Below are positions 26,846 through 40,540 of a stretch of DNA of 64,000 bases, in pieces (position 1 is the first letter of the stretch; each line of letters opens with the position of its first letter). This DNA comes from Amoeboaphelidium protococcarum X5 (taxonomy: Eukaryota > Fungi > Aphelidiomycota). The stretch covers positions 1 to 64,000 of the forward strand of contig JALDTO010000214.1 of assembly GCA_023515725.1 (NCBI GenBank), given 5' to 3'. The translations under genes were made by a program, and so were the position numbers. The notes under the pieces were generated by a model. It ran no database searches. It had not been told where the DNA came from and saw only the letters and a program-made list of their open reading frames with translations.

Positions 26846-28837
26846 ATGAATTCACGGCTAGTTTAGAAAGTATAATCGCGATTTATCAAGATAGGTCACC
26901 GGTATTACGCGTAGTTATAAAGTGGATAATCATCAGAATTAAAGAGGGTGTTTAATGATCCATTGTATTACAGATCTCACTATCTTGGTCAAAGTGGACG
27001 ATGCGGTTTATTCAAAATGTCTAATCTTACTTCATGTTAACGTATGATTTATGAAGCTAGTGGTGCTTTATAGCGATCTCTATAACTAGTCGATTAAATA
27101 GTGTAAACGCGTCGAGACTAGTATCATAGTGTGCCTAGGTAGATGGATCTACTCTCTGACATGATTTGCTCCATCATTGATCCTGCAGAGTTGATAAGAA
27201 ATGTTCATCCAGATCCTGATTGGACCCAGGCTGCCGATTAATGCTATAATATCTTAGGTGCACTAATAAATGATCTCAATACACACCAAGGCCTATATAA
27301 TGCTCTGAAGAAGGCACAGCTATCTGGTTCCGTTCGAGATCCAGACGCGAGTAGAGTTACTAGTTTACTTCTTAATGACTTTGAAAAGAGTGGGGTTCGT
27401 ATGTCTTCATAGAAGAGGTTGAAGTTTGTAGAATTATCAAATGCATTAAATGTGGTTGGCCATGCGTTCACTTCCTTGTCAGATACTCTTCCTTAATATG
27501 GGCGTCCTAGGCGAAAACATTTGCATCCCAGATCTTAGATGCTTCACGATATCATTGTGCTGAGGTCCGAGATTGCTCATCTTCTGGATCATGAAAGCTA
27601 CTCTGAGTTGTACCTCAAAGATAAAATGGCTGGTAATAAGAATACAGTCAAAAGATTTGTAGACAGAGTGACACGAGAGCATGGACGCGGTGCTGAGCAT
27701 TTATAACATCGGAGAGCCGTGATCCATGGTACCTATGAGATTGGAGATGTTATGCAAAGTCTTTCATCGCTGTTTGAGTTACTTTATGGCTATGCTATCA
27801 GACCTGCTGAAATACTTACAGGTGAATCTTGGCATGAGGACGTGATCAAGGCTGACGTTATTGATGTTGATTGTGACGCTAAAGTTGGCTCAATATACTT
27901 TGATCTGTTTAGTCGGAGATTGAGCGGTGATCATTAAGTCGACAAGATCAATCATCCATCCTAATTTACTGTCCGATGTTCAAGATTGATATAAAAAGAT
28001 GATCTCGATCATTACCGACCTGATTTACGAACGGACTTTGATACAGAAGGATTGAAATGGCAATAAGGAGTCGGTGTTAAACAATTGCCAATCTTGACGC
28101 TGGTTTGTAACTTTGAAAAGTCCATCGATAAACCGACGCGTCTCACATGGCCTAATATAGTCACTCTGGCACACGAGATGGGACATGCAATGCATTCAAT
28201 AGCGGCACGTACTGATTATCAACATGTCGCCGGCTCCAGATGCGCATTGGACTTTGTCGAGATGCCATCTATCCTGATGGAGTACTTTGTCAATTCGCCC
28301 ATCTTTTATGCACAGCTATAGAATTCACAGCTTAGCTTCGATGATACGACTTTGCAGTAAACGCGTGCGATGTCATAACAAGGCTTATATGGATACATGT
28401 CCTCCAAGGAAGCTAGTTCTGAATTAAAAACTTAATTATTTTACTCTGCGCTCGATCAAAATTATCACTAATTGACATAAGAACAATCACTGAAATTGGA
28501 CACTACCTCTATCTACTATGATACGTGGTAGTAGTTCTATGGTGGTAATAATCTGCCTCGAAATGGTAGATCATCCTCCCGGTTAGCTGGCCCTGAGACT
28601 AGCTTCACACATCTCTTCACTTATGGAGCCGGATATTACTCATACCTATGGAGCAGGACTCTGGCTCACTAGATTTTTCAATCGCTCTTTGCATCTTAAA
28701 ACTCAAGTATAGGTTAATGGGAAATGAATGGAAGGTTATTGCGCGATGAAGTTTTGAGACACGGTGGTTCTGTAGATCCCAGAGATATGAACTGGTCCAA
28801 GTTACTTGAGAATTCCCCTCTTAAAGTGCCAAGTTGA
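26846..28837 (+). CDS. OCT1: Mitochondrial intermediate peptidase (M3A), 663 aa
   Basis: [35 protein letters not shown] (HExxH), [13 protein letters not shown] and [18 protein letters not shown]. Confidence 0.93.
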
Positions 28838-29693
28838 TGAATAGTGAATTGCTTTTTAACTGAGCATTGAGTGTAAGGTTGCAATAATGGTCATTCAACC
28901 ATTCTATTATCTTTTGTTGCCAAGGAGTTTAATCATAGCATAGTGAATCAGTTTCACTAATCTATTCTGGTTATCGTCTTTCCAATTTGAGCTGTGACTT
29001 ACCTAGCAAACATTTCGATTACATTTGGATAAAAAACCTTCAGTAAAATCACGTCCTATATATTATGAAGGTGATTTCGTTGAACACTTATTCTCCTCTG
29101 CAAACTCATTCATACATAATCCATCATTGCGGAACTTTTATACTTCACGAGCACTCATTTTACCATCATTAATTTAAATGACAGCGCATGGAGTAAGGAT
29201 ATAATAAAGACATTGAACATATCAAAACTCGCCGGTAAATCTTTCCAAGCCATTTATTCTATGAAAAGTACAAGTTCTTGAGGTTTTATATACTAACCAA
29301 CAATAATATATTCTCCATGGTTTCTCCCAACACTCACGGCCACAGAGTGGCTTAGCGAAGGATACAGAATATGGAGAAAGGTGGCTACAATACATTCGAA
29401 AATGTTATTATGTGACCACGATCCGTTAATCTATCGCAAAGAAATGCCAGCTCACCACTACTGAATATAGTGTGCTCAGCACAAGCAACGCGAATAATAT
29501 GTTTGAAGAGAAGAAAAGTGGACATTTTGCCTTTTGTCACTTTTTCAAATCCAGTCGCCGCGTGATCCAAGCGTTTCGCCCTTTAGGTTGATTAAGGTTG
29601 CTCGATTTGCTTTGCGCAGCCTTTGAGATCCTTCAGCGGCACCCACCTCATTATTCGAAAAGTATCTATATACTTGATTAACAAATATATAAA

Positions 29694-30036
29694 ATGGTAA
29701 GCGATCATGTTGCATAATTATGATCAAGATTACTATTTATTGAATGATTGATTGATTGTGTAGGCTGGAGCAAAGAAAAAGAAGTGGAGTAAGGGAAAGA
29801 CCAAGGACAAGGCTAATAACGCCGTCACCATGGACAAGAACACCATGGATAAGCTGATGAAGGATATTCCAACTGCAAAGTTGATCACCCCATCAGTTCT
29901 TGTTGATCGTCTGCGCGTCAACGGTAGTGTTGCCAGAAGGGCATTGGAGTACTTGGAAGCATAAGGTCTCATCAAGTGTGTGAGCAAGCACCACAGTTTG
30001 GTGATCTACACCAGAGCCACTGCTGCTACTGAGTGA
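29694..30036 (+). CDS. RPS25: 40S ribosomal protein eS25; exon 1 is the ATG only, intron 29697-29763; 91 aa
   Basis: [46 protein letters not shown]. Confidence 0.96.
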
Positions 30037-30343
30037 TTCTATATAATAAAATTACATCTCTACCGTATTTGAATTTATTTTTATTTTTTCCATTTGCTAT
30101 ACCCTTCCTTGTATCCAGTGCTACTTGGCGACGACAGGCGCTGTATTATGGAGCCAATCGCCGATGAGCTCCACCAGATAACCGTTGTCACTATGGCTAC
30201 GGGATGCTCAGCCGCGCATAACATCCGCACTCAATTACCTTTATACCAATAATATACTTGGCTTTCATACTCTATACAAATTATTTTTCATCTGTTATAT
30301 ACATACATACCGCAGTTTAGTGGGTTGAAGATTTTGTTTGAGA

Positions 30344-33340
30344 ATGTTGATCTCATACGATTTGATCAACTATGTTAGCCTGCTACTTGCCTCAATCTCG
30401 CTGGGAGTTTAAAATTATGCCATGGCTGTGCCAAATGCTGGTAACTACCGATTTCAGTAATACAATGCTGGACACCTGTTCAAGAGATCTGCCTCAGCAA
30501 TACCTTTTACTGAGAATGGGCCGACTGATGTTGGATCGCTGGTGGTATCTGCGCAAGATTTGAAGGGAAGATCCACAACGTATTTGGGGCGTGGTGCACG
30601 TTATATCTAGCTAAGCTACATTGGCTTTTAACGTCCTGCTGACTTGACAGCGATGATTATGTATGTCCGTAATGTGAGCCAGAATAGCTTCATTGGCAAG
30701 TTACCTCAGACTGGATTGGGTGGTGATGGCATTTAGTTGATCTTGAATGATCCGTACTTTGGTAATGCTATCAGAGCTGTACTCATTGGTTTAGTTATGG
30801 CTGTTCTAGTACCGGTCGGTATTATTGGCTTCTGTATCTTGCGTGTCTGCTGCAATACTTGTGGTGGTAAGAATGTAAAGAAGGGTGGTTATAGTCTTCG
30901 TGAGATTCAGATCTCATTTGGTGTTTTTGGAGCTTTCGCCGTCTTAAATATTGCCTTTGCATCACTACTTATCGCTCTGTCTAATGATGTGACTTTCACG
31001 ATTGGTCAATTCAAACAAGGAACCACTGCTCTAACGGTGGACGCTGCTCTTTTTGTTAACAACTCCTTGAATGGTATTGCTAATGCCCCTAATGTTGCAG
31101 CGGATACTTTGACCAATATTCTGTACAACATGTCTGCGAGCAATGGTCCTTTGGCAACTAAATTGAATCAGAGTGTGGCATTGCTGGTGAACAACATCAC
31201 CTTTAATTTAAACACTATCGCATCTAATCTGGATAATGCTGTCATTATGCTTAATCAGACGTAGGCATAGTTGGATAGCTTGAAAGCCAATGTTTCCTCT
31301 CTGCCTGCGACTTTTAATGGTTTCGCTGATTAAATGGACACATTGTCAGTCGTGTCATTCAATGGTACCAACTGGACAGTGCCTAATTTCCCATCATCTG
31401 CGCCGCTGAGAAGCGTAACTTTGCCTGATTTTAATAATCTGCCTAACATTACCGACTTTATCTTGCAGATCCAAGGCGTTGATGTGAGGAACACTTCAAA
31501 TCAGATATCGAGCACCTTCTCGAATCTGACCAGTAACTTCACTGCGTAGATACTGCCGCTGATTAACTCCACTGTTCCTTAATTGAGAGCCTCTCTGAAT
31601 AGCTCAGTCAGTGCTTTTAATTAAACGTAAGCGGATTTTTCTGTATCGGCTTAGAATCTGCAAAGCTAGGCGTCTTCTGCGTTTGATGATGCTTCGTTTT
31701 ACTATAAGTAGTATGGAGCTTTGATCTTTGGTATTGAAGCTGCTATCATTTTGATCCCACTGATTCTGACAAAGATGTGCGCCTTTGCTAAAAGACCATC
31801 ATTTATGATAACTTTCCCAGTGGCTGTTCTTCTAATGTCATCGATCGTGTGGCTGCAGTATTCTATATTCTACATTGTTAGTGCTCCATTGAATGTAGCT
31901 TGTGATGCAATTCCCGTGGTGTTGAATCATGACTACACTGGTGCAGAGTTCAACGCGAACTTCAATGCCTCATTCCTGTAGAATGTCACTGTTGGCTTTA
32001 ATCCTTAGCTGTTCTTGGATAGCTGTCGCAAAGGTAATACTCTGTTCAATGCTTCTATCAACTCTAAGGATGACAATGCTATTAAAGTTTTGAATTAGAT
32101 TGGAGCTAGTTAACTTGATGCCATGACTAAATCAGTGTCCGCGCTAAATGTATCAGGTCTGGTATCTGGCTTGAATATCTCTGGATAAGTTGGTTCCGTT
32201 AACACCAGTTTTGCCAGTTTTAATGCAAGCCAATTCAATTTCCCTAACTTAGTCAACACTTCCAGTATTGATAATACTTTGAACGGTGCTAATAATACCG
32301 CGCAAGGTTTGACTGCTGCATCTTTTTCCGCTGACCAAGGTAATGTGGCTGTCATGTAGTAGAAATTGGACGCGTTCAACAGCCGTGCATTGTCAGTTAA
32401 TTCATCTTGGACTAATTACACTTTTGAATTTTTGGCTGTAAACAGAGTTGATGCCAATGATAATACATTTGATCCAACTGTTGTTACTGGTAGCCTATCA
32501 GATCCTAACAACAATTTATTGACTGCTGATTACTATGATGCATATTGGCGCGTTTTGTTTATCAGACAAGCTAATTAGGCTATCAGCAAATTGTAGAGCA
32601 ATGTTACTACGCTAGTAAATGACATAAAGATTGTGCAGAATAACCAGGTTGCATAAAGTGAGCAAGCTTATGCCACCATCCGTAGCATGGCTGAGTCTGT
32701 TAGTGGATTGGTGAATTTGGCAGTGTCCACATTGAATGTTGTAAAAAACTTGGCCAACCAACTGCAATCTGCATTAGATGACTTTGCCGCCTGGGTGCAA
32801 AACTACTTGTTGACATTGGCATCCTCTGCAGTAAGCTCGTTGATCAATAATCTCTTTGTAAGCAATCCTGATCCAAAGTTTGGCGAGTGTAAACCAGTGG
32901 CTGAGGCTATTCAGTTTATGTTTGATGCCACTTGTCAGAATGCTAACAACACGTTGTCTGGCTTTTGGCTGGACAATTTACTGTTGGGAATATTTTTGGT
33001 CTTTGGCTTCATCACCACAATGATTCTGAAGAAGAGAGTTTCATACATGGCGTATGGCGCGTCCGAAGATGATCTATTCGCCAAGAGTGAAGGCAAGAAG
33101 GATTCTGTTAAGAAGTAGTCTGATGCTCCAATGTTTGATAATATTTAGGCTTCTGCTCCAATGGTGGACAGTGCTCCATTTGATGATAATGACCAATCAC
33201 CTTCCGCCGATAGTAATAATGCTGGTCGTCAATCGTTCTCTGGCAGCCGCTACGATCGCCGAAGTTCTATGGAGAAAGGTGGCTCATTTGCTGAACAGGG
33301 ATTCAATGATCCAGCGCCTGCCTATGATGATTAGCAGTGA
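30344..33340 (+). CDS. Prominin-family pentaspan membrane glycoprotein, 998 aa
   Basis: Signal peptide. TM1 followed by Cys cluster FCILRVCCNTCGG. Two large loops rich in N-x-S/T sites. Pre-TM5 GECKPVAEA..TC..LSGFW matches the prominin CKPV..C..LNxFW pattern. Confidence 0.8.
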
Positions 33341-33577
33341 AATGAATGAATAAGTGAATATGAAAGTAGTTGAATGATGAGTATATAGTTTATTCAATTT
33401 TGTATCGTTAGTTTCTTGAACCATAGACAGTACTGCAATGTTTCAGCTTCAGATCAATCCTAAACTCGCTACGACGCGACACGAACGCGCCAAGTCGAAA
33501 CAACGTTCGCTCGCTGGTTAGAAAGCTTAATTCTCCAGCTAATTCTAATTGATAACTTGTTGGATTAAATATTAAGC

Positions 33578-34396
33578 ATGACAATGCCAACAACTTAAAA
33601 TTCCGCTTAGATTTAGGAACCCCCAGTTAGTAAGTAGCCAAAGAAAACATGGTCAATTCTGGGCCTGGAGAGTATCCCGCGAGACTCTCAGACATGGAAC
33701 AGAGTGGAGGCTATGAATTCCAGTGACTTGAACGAGGCGACAGTCTTTGAGAAGCGACCATATGATTTGGCAGAGCTATTCCCGTCAACTGTTGAACCAA
33801 CGTCGTACGGTGGTCTGAAATTGGTTAGTACTGAAGATGTACCTGCGTTGACTCGAATGTAGCGGTTCGCTGGCCCGCTGGTTGCATACACTGATCCAAG
33901 GCTTACAGACTATGATCGCCGCTATGTGTTGAACATTTATGATCCACCAAAGTATGAGAGCGTATATGGGTAGACCACCGAACGTGGTCAGAAGAGATAC
34001 GCAGAGCATCCACTGGACGCTGAAGGATGGCTCTGGCTTCTCCCCATAACTAATGCTCGTTACTGCAATCACGCCTGTGTGCCCAACTGTGTGATCGCTG
34101 ACGACTTCTATGTGTTGACCATACGTCCCGTCAAGGCTGGTGAAGAGTTGACATTCCTGTACAATAAGTCTGGTAATAGTGATGGCGAGCCGGGACATGA
34201 AGTCCAACTAAAGTACGGCGACGTGTCAACTAAATGGTACTGGGATCCGTTGTGGTCATTTGAATGTGCCTGTGGACATCTCAAGTGTCAGGGCCAAATT
34301 GATAGTTACCGCAATGTGGATGAGTATCATGAACAAGACATTCCTCAAGATGTGAAAGAAGTGATTGACTCTATGCTCAAGAGTAAAGTTTAGTGA
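33578..34396 (+). CDS. Stand-alone SET-domain methyltransferase with post-SET cysteines, 272 aa
   Basis: ARYCNHACVPNC, TIRPVKAGEELTFLY, FECACGHLKCQG. Confidence 0.88.
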
Positions 34397-34869
34397 ACTT
34401 GATTTGTAAATTAACAAAGATGCAACTTCGTATTCTAAATCATTGTTATATTTCAAACTCCACTCACAGGCATTATAAAGGCTATTTCATCATTTTATTT
34501 CAATTCTATACAGGATGAAGGTATAGATTCCCCATTTTCATAAATTTAAAGCGCAGTACCATCTACATATTCGCAATTTACGGCCACCATGCAAGATTGA
34601 AACATTTCCAGAAGCCTATAACTTTAATCTTTATATTTCACATCCACCAGATACTCAACCAATTCACCCAGCGTTGGAGTCTCCAATAGATTTAAATCCA
34701 CAACGTCTTTACCATCACTCTGAGGACGCGTCACATCCTTTAACGCGGCGAAATACAACACTTAAACTGACATAATAAATTAATATTCTTAATTAGAGGA
34801 ATTAAAACGAATTTAAAAAAAAAATTAATAGCGAAATACGGTAGTCGACTACTATATAATAAGAGTTCT

Positions 34870-37032
<2,163 letters not shown>

Positions 37033-37480
37033 ATTTCTTCTAAATAATATAGTTCTATTCCTACTAGACTTTGATATTAAAGACAATTATTATAATTAAG
37101 CTTTAAACTTGAGTTTAAGCATTAACACACACGAGTCGTTCTGCTTTTAAAGGAAGAAAGATCCAGAAGAGAGAGAGAGACCTGGAAAGATCAATGAAGA
37201 TTGTTGGAAAGTGCCTATCTTTTCTCTTTTTCGACTTTCTTCAGCTTAGGACCAAACGCGCGTTCTCAAAATGAAAATTGTCGTCGCCTTACTTTTGATA
37301 TTTTGAATTGACCGAAGATTTTCCTCTCTCTCTCTCTCTCTGTCTGTCTCTGTCTCTTGTCTTTACTCCCGCTCGTCTTACTGTTGTCAGTCTTGTCTGT
37401 CTGTGCTTTAATCTTTCCTTGCTTTCTTGATTGGTCTGTGATCAATAATAAAAACAAAACATCAGAAAGGCGGACTGAAA

Positions 37481-37992
37481 ATGCCATCAGATTAAGCATC
37501 TCAATCAAAAGTCAAGACGCGGCATGCGAACTCTACTCGATTTACCAAGTTTGATTAATTTGAAGAAGCAGTTTTACAGTTGATTAAAGAAGATCCCATC
37601 AGGGTAAGTATTTATTACTTGCAAATTGTTGTTAATCATTATATTATATATTTGTCGATTTCCTTGTGTAGACGCGACTTTGTTCAAATATTAGATATGT
37701 CAATGGTAGAATAAAGTTGAGGGCCACTAATGATGTTCGGGTGTTAAAGTATAGATTGCGGCAGAAGAGCGAATTGTCAAAGTATGAAGCACTAATGAAC
37801 AAGGCGATGTCTCTGCAGTAGAATATTATCAACAATAATAATAACAATAGTGGCGCACCATCTTAATCAAAAGAAGTTGACGAAAACGCGCGTTCTGCTC
37901 AACAAGGTTCTTCTGGCTCTCTCAATTAAACTCAACAGAACAAGAACAAGTCAAAGGGCAAGAGTAAGAGTAAAAGAGGTAAACGCCGATGA
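37481..37992 (+). CDS. SRP9: SRP9/Srp21 (SRP Alu-domain subunit); exons 37481-37603 and 37672-37992; 147 aa
   Basis: FDQFEEAVLQLIKEDPIRTR..GRIKLRATNDVRVLKYR and a basic C-terminal tail. GTAAGT..TAG intron. Confidence 0.8.
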
Positions 37993-38215
37993 TGTTAATA
38001 ATGACCATTAGTAACTGAGTATAAATGAACTGCTAAAAATATCTACTGAAGTATTTGAATTGACTTTAGATGTTAGTTTCGTAATTCATACGTATTACTT
38101 CTATGAGCTGAGTACATCACACTGCATTAATTTAACAATGTTGATCCAAGTAATGATTATACGTCAGCGTACTGTACGAATGACTCTCGGAGAGCGGCTG
38201 TCTTGTAAAAGACTT

Positions 38216-39187
38216 TCACAAATCAAAAGTAACTGTTAGTTCTAACAATTATCGCCATTGAGTATCCAAAGTGTTAAATTCAACAATTGACGGGATATTG
38301 TTCCATTTAACTTTAGATGGGTCAATTCGCAACTGTGACCTCCATTTATCTTGTTACCTAATAGCAACTTATTGCAACATTTCCCATGTGACCACCACAT
38401 CTTTCTACAATGTTGCATGCTACACAAGTCCATATTGACTGAGTGCTAGTAGAATATCATCAGGTTAAATGTATAACGCTGCAGATAGTTCAGCGACAGT
38501 AAGTTGAGTCTGAGCCTACCGTCTCGTTGATTTCCCCCTCTATCCCGCACCAACACCATAAGAATCTCCTGACTATGACAGTAAAGATAACATGTATGAA
38601 ACTATGAGAGAAATCCAATATGACGTATATGAGAGGCGACCAAGGTTGGACAATGGTCTCTCTGGAGATCCAATCTTCTACTCTGCACGCGACACCCAGT
38701 AGCTCAAGTCTATCATCAATTTCCCAATACCAGTCTTCTAATATGGTGGCAGCACCACTATACATGCCAAATTCCAACCACCGACACTATCCAGTTCTTT
38801 AGAGAAGAATCCGAGCAGAGATTTATCCTTCATAGAGTACGTGACATAGAAATCGAATCCCTCCAGGTAGAAGAAGGTGGTCTTTTCCTTCATGAACGAC
38901 TTGCCCAGCAGACATAGGCACTGACAATACAATTTGTACTCTGAAGGGGAGACTCTGTATATCCTATACTCTTATCCATGCTGATATACCAAATTACGAT
39001 TATTGCTAGCAGGCCAGTCAGCATATGTGCAATGATGCAGTTGAAACCACTCGGCTTTGGGGAAATAGAGTCCACACTTGTTACAAACGTACAAATCATC
39101 CTTCAAATCCAGCTCACTCGCATTATCCTCAAAGAATTCAACCGGATGACTGGACTTTATAACCAGATTATTTATATGTATATTCAT
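38216..39187 (-). CDS. MYST-family histone acetyltransferase (catalytic domain only, Sas2-like), 323 aa
   Basis: LYVCNKC zinc finger, YCQCLCLLGKSF, GFFSKE, NLACIVVLPPYQKTGIGKLMIDLSY and GSPERPLSNLG. Confidence 0.9.
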
Positions 39188-40540
39188 AATGTCAGTTAGA
39201 TTTTTAGCAACTAGAATGATATCTGATCTTTTCACTCACTACTGATGGGTTTTCCACTTCCAGTTTGATGGGATTTGAGACTGCAAAACAGCGGAGGCGA
39301 CGAGTTCAGACAAAGATCTCGATCAAAGGAGCAAAGCAGTACTTCGTACTTTCTTACTGCTTTACCCGTTTGATGATTACCGCGTTTGGCTGGGTTGGAT
39401 CAATGATTATAGGGACAATGACTAAAGGTTATAATGAAGATGAAGATAAACACAAAGATTCGTGTGCTATGTAGTAGAAGTAGGTGAGCTCGTTGAATTC
39501 CAAAGTTGTCTAGCTGTAGTCGCGCGTGGATCGTGTCTATTGTTGAGAGAAAATCAGGTGGCACAACAATATCCGATTAAGTATCAAACTGGTTCCATGT
39601 TGATCAAAGACACTCTTTACTATAAAATATAATTTATTGAACCTCATACGAGCTGAAACATTATAATCTTAAGTAATAACTTAATTTGATAGTCCAGACT
39701 TGATAAATGACGGAAGCCATGAAGATTCCTGCCTAAAGGCATAAGCCACTAACAAACATGCTCATGCTTTCTGAAGTTTTGATTTACGGCCACCAGCTTG
39801 TAGACGCATTGATAAAAGCACGACAATTAACACTGTAAATATCTATTCAAATGTTATAGGCCATCACTGTCGCCATCTAACTTGTACAGCTCTTATCGCG
39901 CTCATGATCTTTCACAATTGTTTCAAAGCAGAGACTTCTTAGAGCAGCAAGGCCATACGCGGTTTTAAATCTTCTCCATTAGTCGATTATTACTGTGGAG
40001 ATTCACGCGTTTCCAATCGGCAAAGTTTCATTACGTGGTACATTGACGCAACGAGTATCTATAGGGACAATGGAGCCACTGTAATCACTTGGATATCTTT
40101 GTCAAGCATGTAAACTGAATTTTAGCAAATGATATTTCTTTGCAATATCCTTTGCAATATGCTTCTAATCTAATTGATGAAGCTATCATAATCATTTATC
40201 ACTTAAAGAGAAACTAGATGTTTGAATATTCACGCTCAAATGTAAGAACATCACACATTAACGGTTACGTTCTATTGACACAACTAGAACAAGTATGTGT
40301 CAAAGTATATATTAGCGCGATTGATTCAAAGTCATCGTCACAAGGTTCAAGAACTATTAGAATGTCGCCTGTATATATAAATAGAGTCCACGCGTTGACT
40401 TTTAAATCATCAAGAGTTCGAAGTATTCAACTTGCCTATCATACGATGTAGATTAAACAAACATTAAGAGCGGATTTTAAGCATCACAAATCCCAAAAGC
40501 TACACAATCAATATTTTTCAATACGTCAATATCAACATCA

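Noticed and set aside
28860-29690. Short code-6 ORFs between OCT1 and RPS25 (likewise ~11920-12145)
   Set aside because: With only one stop codon, ORFs of this length arise by chance; no motifs or clear gene structure.
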